Assembly: GCA_947631025.1 (NCBI GenBank)
Contig: CANRKA010000003.1
Location: 1-57,463, forward strand
Reading direction: 5' to 3'
From: an uncultured Clostridia bacterium
GTDB lineage: Bacteria; Bacillota; Clostridia; TANB77; CAG-508
DNA: 57,463 bases
A model generated the notes under the pieces. It was not told where the DNA came from, searched no databases, and saw nothing but the letters and a program-made list of their open reading frames with translations. Within the stretch, counting starts at the first letter, position 1, and each line of letters opens with the position of its first letter. Of this stretch, positions 20,809 through 30,314 are shown one piece after another. Position numbers and translations under genes: made by a program.

Positions 20809-20947
20809 TTTATTATACCTCCTAAAGTCTTATAATACATTTTATTCATTATCTTTATATTTATTACATATATATTTTACTTTAATACATTAATTTTTAT
20901 TTTCTATAAAAATAAGGAAAAGTCTATAAATAGACTCCCCCTTATTG

Positions 20948-21199
20948 TTACTTTTCTAAATTTTCATTTTTTGTAACTTTTGCCCCCTGTGAATATGCTT
21001 TTGACTTATTCTTTTGTAACTTAAATTGCACTTTTGCCCATTCTGGTGAGTAATATTTTAATCTTTTTGTTAAATCTCTGTGGACAGTGCTTTTTGAAAC
21101 TTCTCCAAAGTGATTTGCTGTAGATCTAAGTGTAGCTCTACTAGAGTAAAGGAAATAATTTTTTTCTCTTAAAGTCCGTTCCTTGATTTTATCCTCCAT
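20948..21199 (-). CDS. spoIIID: sporulation transcriptional regulator SpoIIID
   Basis: 83 aa: IKERTLREKNYF…FGEVSKSTVHRDLTKRL. It contains an in-frame CGG at 21176..21178. Confidence 0.75.
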   Translation of the reverse strand: MEDKIKERTLREKNYFLYSSRATLRSTANHFGEVSKSTVHRDLTKRLKYYSPEWAKVQFKLQKNKSKAYSQGAKVTKNENLEK

Positions 21200-21268
21200 A
21201 TTCTTTCCTCCTTTTCTAAAGTACTTTTCTAAGTTTCAATTGATAAAATTTTATCATATTAAATTTTT

Positions 21269-22531
21269 TTATTCAATATTTAGTATAATATTTTCTACAT
21301 TTTTTTTGCAATACTCTATTTTTTCTTCATTATTAGAGTAAATATATGCTAATACCTCTCCTTTTTCTACATTTTCTCCTACCTTTTTATTTAATACAAT
21401 TCCAACTGAATGGTCTATTTCATCTCCCTTTTTTATTCTTCCAGCACCTAAATAAACACAAAGTTTTCCTATTTTTTCTGCATTTATACTTTTAATTATA
21501 AAATCTTTTTTAGAAATTACAGGAACTATATATTTAGGATTTTTAAATTTATTTAAATCCTTTATGTAAGAAATATCTCCACCTTGTTTTTCTACTAATT
21601 CTAAAAATTTATTATATGCTTTTCCATTATTAATTATTTCTATTATTTTTTGTTTATTTTTCTCTAAATTATTTCCTTCTCCTGCAAGCTTTATCATATA
21701 ACTTCCAAGCTCTAATACAACGTCTTTAACGTCTTTTGGCATATTTCCTTTTAAGCAATTTACAGCTTCTTTTATTTCTAAAATATTTCCTATAGCATAT
21801 CCTAATGGTTGATTCATATTTGTTAGAATGCATACAGTTTCTTTTCCTACATTATTTCCTATTTCAGTTATTATATTTGCAAGTCTTTTGGCATCTTTTT
21901 TTGTTTTCATAAATGCACCACTTCCATATGTTACATCTATTAATATTTTATCTGCACCGCTTGCTATTTTTTTACTCATAATACTAGAAGCTATTAGTGG
22001 AATACTTTCAGTGCACGCTATGGAATCTCTTAACGCATAGATTTTTTTATCTGCTGGTGCTAAATTAGCAGTTTGTCCTATTAAACTTATACCTATTTCT
22101 TTAACATTTTGTATAAATTCTTTATCACTTATTTCTGTTTTATAACCAGGAATAGATTCTAGTTTATCACGTGTTCCTCCTGTAATTCCTAATCCCCTTC
22201 CAGACATTTTTGCAACAGGTATACCAAGTGCTGCAATAATTGGAGCTAAAATAATTGTTATTTTGTCTCCAACGCCTCCTGTTGAATGCTTATCTACTAC
22301 AGTTTTTCCTAAACAAGATAAATCTAGAACATCTCCAGAATATGCCATTTCTAAAGTTAAATTTTTAATTTCTTCTTTATTCATTCCATTTATATAAATT
22401 GCCATAACTAAAGCTGCTGCTTGATAATCTGTAATTGTTCCATTTGTATAATTTTTTATAAAATATGATATTTCCTCTTTGTTTAGTTCCTTTTTATCTC
22501 TTTTTTTGGATATAATATCTTGAATATTCAT
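21269..22531 (-). CDS. pdp: pyrimidine-nucleoside (thymidine) phosphorylase
   Basis: 420 aa with VDKHSTGGVGDK and SGRGLGITGGTRDKLESIPG. Confidence 0.9.
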   Translation of the reverse strand: MNIQDIISKKRDKKELNKEEISYFIKNYTNGTITDYQAAALVMAIYINGMNKEEIKNLTLEMAYSGDVLDLSCLGKTVVDKHSTGGVGDKITIILAPIIAALGIPVAKMSGRGLGITGGTRDKLESIPGYKTEISDKEFIQNVKEIGISLIGQTANLAPADKKIYALRDSIACTESIPLIASSIMSKKIASGADKILIDVTYGSGAFMKTKKDAKRLANIITEIGNNVGKETVCILTNMNQPLGYAIGNILEIKEAVNCLKGNMPKDVKDVVLELGSYMIKLAGEGNNLEKNKQKIIEIINNGKAYNKFLELVEKQGGDISYIKDLNKFKNPKYIVPVISKKDFIIKSINAEKIGKLCVYLGAGRIKKGDEIDHSVGIVLNKKVGENVEKGEVLAYIYSNNEEKIEYCKKNVENIILNIE

Positions 22532-22572
22532 TTTATTACTCCTTTTTTACTAATTTAAATCTAAAACTATAA

Positions 22573-23199
22573 TTATATTTTTTTAGTAAAAGAACGTCTA
22601 TGAATTGGACAAAGTCCATATTCTTTTATTGCAGCTATATGTGCAGCTGTTCCATACCCTTTGTGTTTTGCAAATCCATATTGTGGAAATACTTCATCCC
22701 ATTTTCTCATTATTCTATCTCTTGTAACTTTTGCAATAATAGATGCTGCTGCTATTGAATAGCATTTTGCATCACCTTTTATAATAGACATATATGGAAT
22801 TCCACATGTATCTATTTTAGAAAGAGCATCTACTAAGATTCTTTCTGGTTTTATTTTTAACCCTTTTATACTCTCTGTAAGTCCCTTTTTTGTTGCATTT
22901 AAAATATTTATTTCATCTATTTGACTATTAGTAATTATTCCAACAGAATAACTTATTGCTTCTTCTACAATTTTTTCATATAGTAACTCACGTTTCTTTT
23001 CTGATACTTTTTTAGAGTCATTTACGCCTTCTATAAAAGAATTCGGTTTCATTATTACACTTGCAACAACAACAGGTCCTGCTAAAGGTCCTCTACCTGC
23101 TTCATCTATTCCACATATATATTTAACTTTTTCGCTTTCATAAATATTTCTTTCTATTTTTTTTAGCTGATTTAATCTTTCAATTTCTTTTTCGTTCAT
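22573..23199 (-). CDS. rnhB: ribonuclease HII
   Basis: 208 aa with GIDEAGRGPLAGPVV and DSKK. Confidence 0.9.
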   Translation of the reverse strand: MNEKEIERLNQLKKIERNIYESEKVKYICGIDEAGRGPLAGPVVVASVIMKPNSFIEGVNDSKKVSEKKRELLYEKIVEEAISYSVGIITNSQIDEINILNATKKGLTESIKGLKIKPERILVDALSKIDTCGIPYMSIIKGDAKCYSIAAASIIAKVTRDRIMRKWDEVFPQYGFAKHKGYGTAAHIAAIKEYGLCPIHRRSFTKKI

Positions 23200-23247
23200 A
23201 TTTTACCTTTCAAAATTGTTTAATTAAAATTTTTATATATAATTTAT

Positions 23248-23300
23248 GGGTTGATCAAGACCAACCCTTTTCTTAGGACTTTGTCACACACGTCCCTACT
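23248..23300 (-). repeat. GC-rich hairpin repeat copy (GGGTTG..CAACCC plus AGGAC..GTCCC-TAC)
   Basis: GC-rich palindromes just downstream of the stop at 23328. The minus sense starts AGTAGGGAC…. Confidence 0.5.
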
Positions 23301-23327
23301 TATTTTATAAATTTATGTATTATAATT

Positions 23328-23777
23328 TTACTCTTCTGTTATTATTTCTAAATTTGCTATATCTGTTAATCTATAATTTAAATTACCATCTTTGTCTTTA
23401 ATTCCCTTTATATAATACACTTCATCATTTTTGTAGTCTACTACATAATCATTGTCTCCAGTAACTTCAAGTTCCATTGCATATAAATCTTCTTGCGTTA
23501 GTTTATATACAGTAGCTTGCTCATCTATTCCTAATTTTTTAATCTCCTCTGAATTTGTTAGCTGTGTTCCAATATATTGTGCTTCTCCAAAAGATACTTT
23601 ATCATTAATTGTCCTTGCTTTTGCTTGTATAAGAAGCATATTTGTATATATACTTTGTTTTTTGGCAGATGATATTGCAGAAGTTCCCCCATAAATTATT
23701 ATACCTGCTAAAATAAGCATTACTATTACCATTATAACTAGCATTATCATACTAATTCCTTTTTCATTTTTGTACAT
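23328..23777 (-). CDS. hypothetical protein with a prepilin-like N-terminal hydrophobic segment
   Basis: NEKGISMIMLVIMVIVMLILAGI resembles a class III (pilin-type) leader but lacks the Glu at +5. The rest of the protein has no recognised motif. Confidence 0.45.
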   Translation of the reverse strand: MYKNEKGISMIMLVIMVIVMLILAGIIIYGGTSAISSAKKQSIYTNMLLIQAKARTINDKVSFGEAQYIGTQLTNSEEIKKLGIDEQATVYKLTQEDLYAMELEVTGDNDYVVDYKNDEVYYIKGIKDKDGNLNYRLTDIANLEIITEE

Positions 23778-24055
23778 TTTTTTAACTCTCCTATATTATT
23801 TTTTTGTATTATATATGTTTTTTTCTTTTATTTCAACTATTAATTAAATTGTTTTTAAAATATTTAATTATACTTTTTATACCCAACTAAATAGTAATTA
23901 TAACTTAAAGATTAATATATAGTAGTGTAAATATAATAACTTTTTTTAATTATAAATAATTATCAATTATAAAAAATTTTTTTTAATTTTCTTGCAACAA
24001 TATAATATTTTGTTGTAAAATGTTATAAGAAATTTAATAATATGGAGGTATTTAT

Positions 24056-25285
24056 ATGGAAGAAAATAGTAAAAAAGAAAATAAAAAAGAGCCCAACTAT
24101 AGGCCAGTAACTACCGTTAAAAATTTTAATAGTTCTTTTGGAAGACAAGTTATGTTTCCTTTTATTTCTGGAATATTAGGTGCAACTTTAGTTGTTGGAA
24201 CATGTTTTGGTATTCCTGGAATAAAGCAAAAGTTAATTGGAAACTTTAAAAATCATAATGAAGTTGATGTTCCATCTTCTTCTGAGGTTCAAAATGTTGT
24301 TTCTACTAATGATTATTCTGATACTGCAATAGGAGTTGCAGATAAAGTTCTTCCTTCTATTGTAGGAATTAAAGTTGAATATTCTGTTAATTCAATATTT
24401 TATAGACAATCTAGTACTGCAACAGCTACAGGTTCTGGAATTATAATTAGTACAGATGGTTATATTCTAACAAATAATCATATTGTAGATACATCAAGCA
24501 CAGTAACAAATAATTCTTACAATTCTTTTTATTCTGTAACAGAAGCAAGCAAAGTAACAGTTAAACTTTATAACGATGAAACAGAATATGAAGCAAAAAT
24601 TGTAGGAACAGACTCTCAAACAGATTTAGCTGTAATTAAAATTGATAAATCAGATTTAACTGCTGCTGAACTTGGTAATTCCGATGATGTTAAAGTTGGA
24701 GAATTTGCAATGGCTATAGGAAATCCTTTAGGAATGGACACAAGTGTTACATGTGGTATTATTAGTGCAAAAGATAGACAAATAACAGACTCAGATAATA
24801 AAACTTTTACACTTATTCAAACAGATGCTGCAATTAACTCTGGCAACAGTGGTGGAGCTCTAGTAAATGCAGATGGAAAAGTAATTGGATTAAACACTTT
24901 AAAAATTGCTTCAACAGGTGTTGAAGGTATGGGATTTGCAATTCCTATAAATTCAACAATAGATATATATAAACAATTAATTGAATATAACAAAGTAAAA
25001 AGACCTTATATAGGAATTTCTGGTGTAGATTTAGATGAAGAAACTGCAAAAGCAAATAATTTAGTTGTTGGAATATATGTAAAATCTATAGACGAATTTT
25101 CTTCTGCTGAAAAAGGTGGCTTAAAAATAGGAGATGTAATTACTGCTGCAGATGGAAAAGAAGTTAAAACAATGGATGAATTAAACGAAATTAAAAACTC
25201 ACATCAAATTGGAGATAATATGACATTAACAATAACTAGAGAAGGTAATAAAAAAGATATAACAATTACTTTACAAGAGCAATAA
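24056..25285 (+). CDS. htrA: HtrA/DegP-family serine protease with PDZ domain
   Basis: TM anchor, catalytic triad context (TNNHIV, DLAVIK, GNSGGAL) and a C-terminal PDZ domain. Confidence 0.9.
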   Translation: MEENSKKENKKEPNYRPVTTVKNFNSSFGRQVMFPFISGILGATLVVGTCFGIPGIKQKLIGNFKNHNEVDVPSSSEVQNVVSTNDYSDTAIGVADKVLPSIVGIKVEYSVNSIFYRQSSTATATGSGIIISTDGYILTNNHIVDTSSTVTNNSYNSFYSVTEASKVTVKLYNDETEYEAKIVGTDSQTDLAVIKIDKSDLTAAELGNSDDVKVGEFAMAIGNPLGMDTSVTCGIISAKDRQITDSDNKTFTLIQTDAAINSGNSGGALVNADGKVIGLNTLKIASTGVEGMGFAIPINSTIDIYKQLIEYNKVKRPYIGISGVDLDEETAKANNLVVGIYVKSIDEFSSAEKGGLKIGDVITAADGKEVKTMDELNEIKNSHQIGDNMTLTITREGNKKDITITLQEQ

Positions 25286-25326
25286 AATTTAAGTGGTTAG
25301 GAATTAACTCCTAACCACTTAAATTT
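25285..25326. terminator. bidirectional terminator after htrA
   Basis: AAATTTAAGTGGTTAGGA-ATTAAC-TCCTAACCACTTAAATTT followed by a T-run. Confidence 0.7.
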
Positions 25327-25332
25327 TTTTCA

Positions 25333-26148
25333 CTATATAATTACCAAATCCAATTCACTTGTGTAATTTTTGTTTCCATAAGCATAAATTATATATACTT
25401 TTCCTTGCTCACCTATAAAAAAGTTGGTTACATTTTCTACATTATACATTTGATTATCTAAATCTCTATTGTATGTTTCATATCCTAATTGTGATAAACT
25501 TTTTTCGTAATCTTTTTTATTATTCATTTCTTCCTTAATTTTATCTTGTACTGTATTTTTATCTAATGATTTATAGTCTATAATATCTTGCATATCTAGT
25601 AGCTCATTTGTTTCAAGATTAATATTATAGGTTTTTATAATTTCTCTTTCAGGATTTAAACCCTCTTTTAGATTAGCTCTTATAACTAAAGAAAGTATAT
25701 TTTGCTCTATATTTGCATGATATTTTACATTATAAATTGTATATTCTTGTGCGTTAGATAAAATATTTGCAGCCTTATTTTGAAAAAGAATTTGTATATC
25801 TTTATTATAACTTTTAATATTATCATTATTTATATTTATTTGAGGTATTTGAACATCTAAATCATATTGATTTGGTATTACCTCAACCCTTTCAGCTGCT
25901 AAATATACAATTTCCTTTGTTTCATTTTGTTTATTAATATTTTCGTAGCTTCCTGTAATGTCATTTTTAAAAATAGATTCAAAATTAGTCATTAATGTAG
26001 CAATTTCATCTTCACTACTGGAACTATTTGATTTATTTACAGCTTCTTTGTAATCATTTTCTGTCATTTGAAAATATATTGCTACTCCAACAGCAATAAT
26101 ACATATTAATAGTACTGTTACTAATAAAATAATCCTTACATTTTTCAT
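25333..26148 (-). CDS. membrane-anchored hypothetical protein (DUF4163/DUF3298-like)
   Basis: ATG at 26148 follows a GAGGTG. One TM segment is followed by an extracytoplasmic domain. The family assignment rests on weak motif resemblance only. Confidence 0.5.
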   Translation of the reverse strand: MKNVRIILLVTVLLICIIAVGVAIYFQMTENDYKEAVNKSNSSSSEDEIATLMTNFESIFKNDITGSYENINKQNETKEIVYLAAERVEVIPNQYDLDVQIPQININNDNIKSYNKDIQILFQNKAANILSNAQEYTIYNVKYHANIEQNILSLVIRANLKEGLNPEREIIKTYNINLETNELLDMQDIIDYKSLDKNTVQDKIKEEMNNKKDYEKSLSQLGYETYNRDLDNQMYNVENVTNFFIGEQGKVYIIYAYGNKNYTSELDLVII

Positions 26149-26289
26149 AACATTACACCTCTTAAAAAAAATTATATCATTACTTTCTATTTTTAACAAT
26201 ACAAAAATTGCACAAATTACTTTTACTTGACTATTTAATCAAAATATAATATATTATAAGATATTAATTTAAAGGGGAGTAATGCATTA

Positions 26290-28650
26290 ATGTTATGTTC
26301 AAAATGCAAAAAAAATACTGCAATTATTTTTATAAATGATATAGATAAAAAAGATGAAAAATCTATTAAAGGCCTTTGTTATGATTGTGCAAAAAGTGAA
26401 GGAATAAATCCATTGGAAGTTCTTTCTAAACAAAATGATATCTTAGGAAAAGATGTTGTAAACTTATCTGAAATGACAGGTCAATTTGAAAATATTTTTA
26501 AAGATTTAACAAAGAATTTAAATAATATAAATTTAGAAGCATTATCTGACATAGATTTAGATGATATACAAAATTCTGAAGATGATGGCACACCTTTTGC
26601 AGGTGCAATTCCAATAGGTTCTATTTTTGCAGGATTTGTTAATCCAAACTCAGACAAAAAAAATGATGACCGCTCATACTCAAATAATGGTTCACAATCA
26701 AATCAAAAAATTAAAACAAAAAATAAACCTAAAAATAAAAAACGTAAATTTTTAGATACCTATGGTTCTAACCTAACAAACAAAGCAAAAAATAATGAAT
26801 TAGACCTAGTTGTTGGCAGAGATAAAGAAATACAAAGAATAACACAAATTTTAAATAGACGTTCTAAAAATAACCCTTGCTTAATTGGTGAACCAGGTGT
26901 TGGTAAAACAGCTATTGCACAAGGTTTAGCTATTCGTATAGCTACAGGAAAAGTTCCACCAAAATTATTAAATAAAGAAGTTTATTTAATAGATATGACA
27001 GCTATTATTGCAGGAACTCAATTTAGAGGTCAATTTGAAGCAAGAATGAAATCTTTAATAGATGAATGTAAATCTGCAGGTAATATTATATTGGTAATAG
27101 ATGAAATTCATAATATTATAGGTGCAGGAGACGGTGAACATTCAATGAATGCCGCAAATATTTTAAAACCTGCTCTTTCTAATGGAGAAATTCAACTTAT
27201 TGGAACAACAACCTTAAAAGAATACAGAAAATATATAGAAAAAGACACAGCACTAGAGCGTAGATTTCAACCAGTATTAATAGAAGAACCTAATATAGAA
27301 GATTCTATTAAAATATTAGAAGGTATAAAAAAATATTATGAAACATTTCATAGTGTAAAAATATCTAATGATGTTATACGTCAAACTGTTATAATGTCTG
27401 AGAAATACATACACGACAGATTTCTACCAGATAAAGCAATAGATATTTTAGATGAAGCATGTTCTAGAATAAATTTAAATAATAAGGACTTATATAAATT
27501 AACTATTTTAGAAAATGAACTTAAAGCTGTTCAAGATGAAAAAGAAGAAGCTGCTTTAAATGATTCTACCGAAGATTACGAAAAAGCTGCAATTCTTAAA
27601 TCTAAAGAATGTTCTTTAAGAGAAGATATAGATAAATTAAAAAATAAAATGAAGCTTAAAGAAATTACTATACAAGATATTGCAGAAGTAATAGAAAGTT
27701 GGACAAAAATTCCTGTTACTAAAATAACAGAAGCAGAAACAGAAAAATTATTAAACCTAGAGACAAATCTTCATAATAAAATTATTGGTCAAAATGAGGC
27801 TGTTGAAGCTGTTTCTAGAGCAATACGTAGAAATAGAGCAGGTTTAAAAAGTACAAAAAGGCCACCATCTTTTATATTTGTAGGCCCTACAGGAGTTGGT
27901 AAAACTGAACTTGCAAAAACTTTGGCATACGAAATGTTTGGCAGTGAAGATTCTATTATTAGAGTAGATATGAGCGAATATATGGAAAGTCACTCAACCT
28001 CTAAGTTAATTGGTTCACCACCTGGCTATGTTGGTTATGATGATGCAGGACAATTAACAGAAAAAGTTAAAAGACATCCATATTCTATTGTTTTATTAGA
28101 TGAAATAGAAAAAGCTCATCCTGATGTATTTAATATTTTATTACAAGTACTTGATGATGGTAAACTTACAGACTCACAAGGTAATACTGTAAGTTTTGAA
28201 AATACAATAATTATTATGACATCAAACTCTGGTTCAAACACAAATACAAATGCTTTAGGCTTTGGCAATACTGCAGAATTTAATAAAGAAAAAATTAAAA
28301 CTAGCCTACAAGAAACATTTAGACCAGAATTTTTAAACAGAGTAGACGAAATAATTGTTTTCGAAAGTCTAAATAAAGAACAATTACTACAAATTACAGA
28401 CTTAATGCTAAACGATACAAAAAAAGCATTAGATAATAAAAATATTTCATTAGAAGTTAGTAAAAATGCTAAAGAATATTTAATTGAAAAAGGAACAGAC
28501 TTAAAATTTGGTGCAAGACCACTTCGTAGAGCAATTCAAAGATATATAGAAGATGAAATATCAGAAATGGTTTTGAGGCAAAAAGTTCTAAACGGTCAAA
28601 ATATAAAAGTAGATTACAAAAATAATAGTTTAAAGTTTAATGTACAATAA
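26290..28650 (+). CDS. ClpA/ClpC-family AAA+ ATPase with an N-terminal Cys4 zinc-ribbon-like segment
   Basis: Two AAA+ modules (GEPGVGKT, DEIH; GPTGVGKT, LLDEIEKAH). The N-terminus is CSKC…CYDC instead of a Clp N-repeat domain. Confidence 0.85.
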   Translation: MLCSKCKKNTAIIFINDIDKKDEKSIKGLCYDCAKSEGINPLEVLSKQNDILGKDVVNLSEMTGQFENIFKDLTKNLNNINLEALSDIDLDDIQNSEDDGTPFAGAIPIGSIFAGFVNPNSDKKNDDRSYSNNGSQSNQKIKTKNKPKNKKRKFLDTYGSNLTNKAKNNELDLVVGRDKEIQRITQILNRRSKNNPCLIGEPGVGKTAIAQGLAIRIATGKVPPKLLNKEVYLIDMTAIIAGTQFRGQFEARMKSLIDECKSAGNIILVIDEIHNIIGAGDGEHSMNAANILKPALSNGEIQLIGTTTLKEYRKYIEKDTALERRFQPVLIEEPNIEDSIKILEGIKKYYETFHSVKISNDVIRQTVIMSEKYIHDRFLPDKAIDILDEACSRINLNNKDLYKLTILENELKAVQDEKEEAALNDSTEDYEKAAILKSKECSLREDIDKLKNKMKLKEITIQDIAEVIESWTKIPVTKITEAETEKLLNLETNLHNKIIGQNEAVEAVSRAIRRNRAGLKSTKRPPSFIFVGPTGVGKTELAKTLAYEMFGSEDSIIRVDMSEYMESHSTSKLIGSPPGYVGYDDAGQLTEKVKRHPYSIVLLDEIEKAHPDVFNILLQVLDDGKLTDSQGNTVSFENTIIIMTSNSGSNTNTNALGFGNTAEFNKEKIKTSLQETFRPEFLNRVDEIIVFESLNKEQLLQITDLMLNDTKKALDNKNISLEVSKNAKEYLIEKGTDLKFGARPLRRAIQRYIEDEISEMVLRQKVLNGQNIKVDYKNNSLKFNVQ

Positions 28651-28660
28651 AATTTATGTT

Positions 28661-28694
28661 TATAGAGGCCCGGGCTATATTCCCGCCTGCTATA
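28661..28694 (+). repeat. GC-rich hairpin repeat copy (TATAGAGGCCCGGGC..CCCGCCTGCTATA)
   Basis: Lies 11 nt after the clpC-like stop and shares the TAGAGG lead with the other copies. Confidence 0.6.
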
Positions 28695-28739
28695 AATGAT
28701 TATATTAAAATATATAAGATTTAAAGAGGTAATAAATTT

Positions 28740-29288
28740 ATGAAAAAAAATATTCCAAATATGTTAACAATGTTAAGATTTGTATTAATTCCTGCAATTA
28801 TGTATTGCCTATATATAAACAATTATATTATGACATTTGTAGTTTTAACTATATCAGGCATTACAGATATATTAGATGGGTTTATTGCAAGAAAATTTAA
28901 TCTAATAACAAACTTTGGAAAACTAATTGACCCATTGGCAGATAAAGCAACACAAATACTTACACTAGGAACATTGGTATTTAAAAATATAATACCTATA
29001 TGGATTTTAGGATTAATAATTACAAAAGAAGTAATTATGATAGCAGGTGCTTCTTTCCTATATGGAAAGGAATTAGTTGTATCTAGCAAATGGTATGGAA
29101 AACTTGCAACAGTCTTAATATACATTGCAATAGTATGTTCATTAATAATTAACGAATTTGAAATCTCATTTAGATTTGACAATTACATTTACTATTTGGC
29201 ATTAATTTCAACATTCTTTTCTTTAGTAATGTATATAAAAGCATTTTATATGCAAGGATATTTAAAAAAAGAAAATTTAGAAAAATAA
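28740..29288 (+). CDS. pgsA: CDP-diacylglycerol--glycerol-3-phosphate 3-phosphatidyltransferase
   Basis: 182 aa with the CDP-alcohol phosphatidyltransferase motif DGFIARKFNLITNFGKLIDPLADK. Confidence 0.9.
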   Translation: MKKNIPNMLTMLRFVLIPAIMYCLYINNYIMTFVVLTISGITDILDGFIARKFNLITNFGKLIDPLADKATQILTLGTLVFKNIIPIWILGLIITKEVIMIAGASFLYGKELVVSSKWYGKLATVLIYIAIVCSLIINEFEISFRFDNYIYYLALISTFFSLVMYIKAFYMQGYLKKENLEK

Positions 29289-29338
29289 CAATAAAGCCAT
29301 ATTAAAAATAATCTAATATTTAATAATATCTCGTGATT

Positions 29339-29371
29339 GTTCGCCTTATAATATTTCATTATAAGGCGAAC
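29339..29371 (+). terminator. intrinsic terminator after pgsA
   Basis: Perfect 14-bp stem GTTCGCCTTATAAT / ATTATAAGGCGAAC followed by TTTAT. Confidence 0.7.
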
Positions 29372-29433
29372 TTTATATTATATAAAAATTGCATTTAAAC
29401 CTCTACTTTAACCCGCAAATTTAGATTTTTATT

Positions 29434-30027
29434 TTATTCGAAATCCTCTATAAAAGAATTTAATTTTTGTTTTCCATAAACTTCTAATCCTTTTCTTATG
29501 TTTTCTAGGTCACTTTCAGTTAAATATTCAGTTGAAATTCCAGTTTTATCGTATAATGTTTCTTCACCTTTTTCATTTATATTGTATATAGCAATTACGC
29601 CATCTTCTTCTTTTATTTTATAATGTTCATTACATTTTCCTTCTACTTCTTTATATAAAATAATTTCATTACTGCTAAAACCTTCAATTTCAAAGTCACC
29701 ATACATTTCTTCAACTTCTTCTTGTGTTTTATTTATTATCTCTGTAGGTAATTGTGCCTCTTGCTCTGTAATATGTCCACAGCCTTTAAATTTCTTTTTT
29801 ATAATAAAAATTGCATTTGGAGATACCTTTTCTTCTGTTGAACTTGCCTCTACATTATCTAACATTCCCGCTTCATACATATTTTCTTCATATACACAAT
29901 CATCTGTTACAGCATAATTTAAAGTATCGCCATTGTCTTTAAATATTAAAAAACCAATAAAAGCAGACACTCCAAATAAAATAATTAAACATACAATTCC
30001 TATTAAGACTTTATATCTTGTTTTCAT
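29434..30027 (-). CDS. membrane-anchored protein, BofC C-terminal-domain-like
   Basis: N-terminal TM segment. The C-terminal YKIKEEDGVIAIYNINEKGEETLYDKTGISTEYLTESDLENIRKGLEVYG resembles the clostridial BofC_C family (recalled from memory). Confidence 0.45.
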   Translation of the reverse strand: MKTRYKVLIGIVCLIILFGVSAFIGFLIFKDNGDTLNYAVTDDCVYEENMYEAGMLDNVEASSTEEKVSPNAIFIIKKKFKGCGHITEQEAQLPTEIINKTQEEVEEMYGDFEIEGFSSNEIILYKEVEGKCNEHYKIKEEDGVIAIYNINEKGEETLYDKTGISTEYLTESDLENIRKGLEVYGKQKLNSFIEDFE

Positions 30028-30230
30028 AATACATTCCTCTCTTATTATTTTGTATGTATTATTTACAAAAAATGTTAAAAATATACAAAGTATGTATAAC
30101 TTTAAAATTAATTATTTAAAAAGCAATAGCGAGCATTATTAAAATTTTCACTATTTAGAATATTTTTAGTCCTAAGATTTGTTGACGCGAAAATTTACAA
30201 AGTAAATTTTCTGTGCAATGTTATGTTTTT

Positions 30231-30265
30231 TATATAATAGGAAAGTATAACTTTCCTATTATATA
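30231..30265. other. perfect 16-bp AT-rich palindromic hairpin
   Basis: TATATAATAGGAAAGT-ATA-ACTTTCCTATTATATA. No U-tract follows in either sense. Confidence 0.6.
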
Positions 30266-30269
30266 AAAA

Positions 30270-30298
30270 ATAACTCTGAAAATAAGTTTCAGAGTTAT
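30270..30298. terminator. bidirectional terminator downstream of the ChW-repeat gene
   Basis: ATAACTCTGAAA-ATAAG-TTTCAGAGTTAT flanked by A- and T-runs. Confidence 0.7.
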
Positions 30299-30314
30299 TT
30301 TTTATTTATATTTA

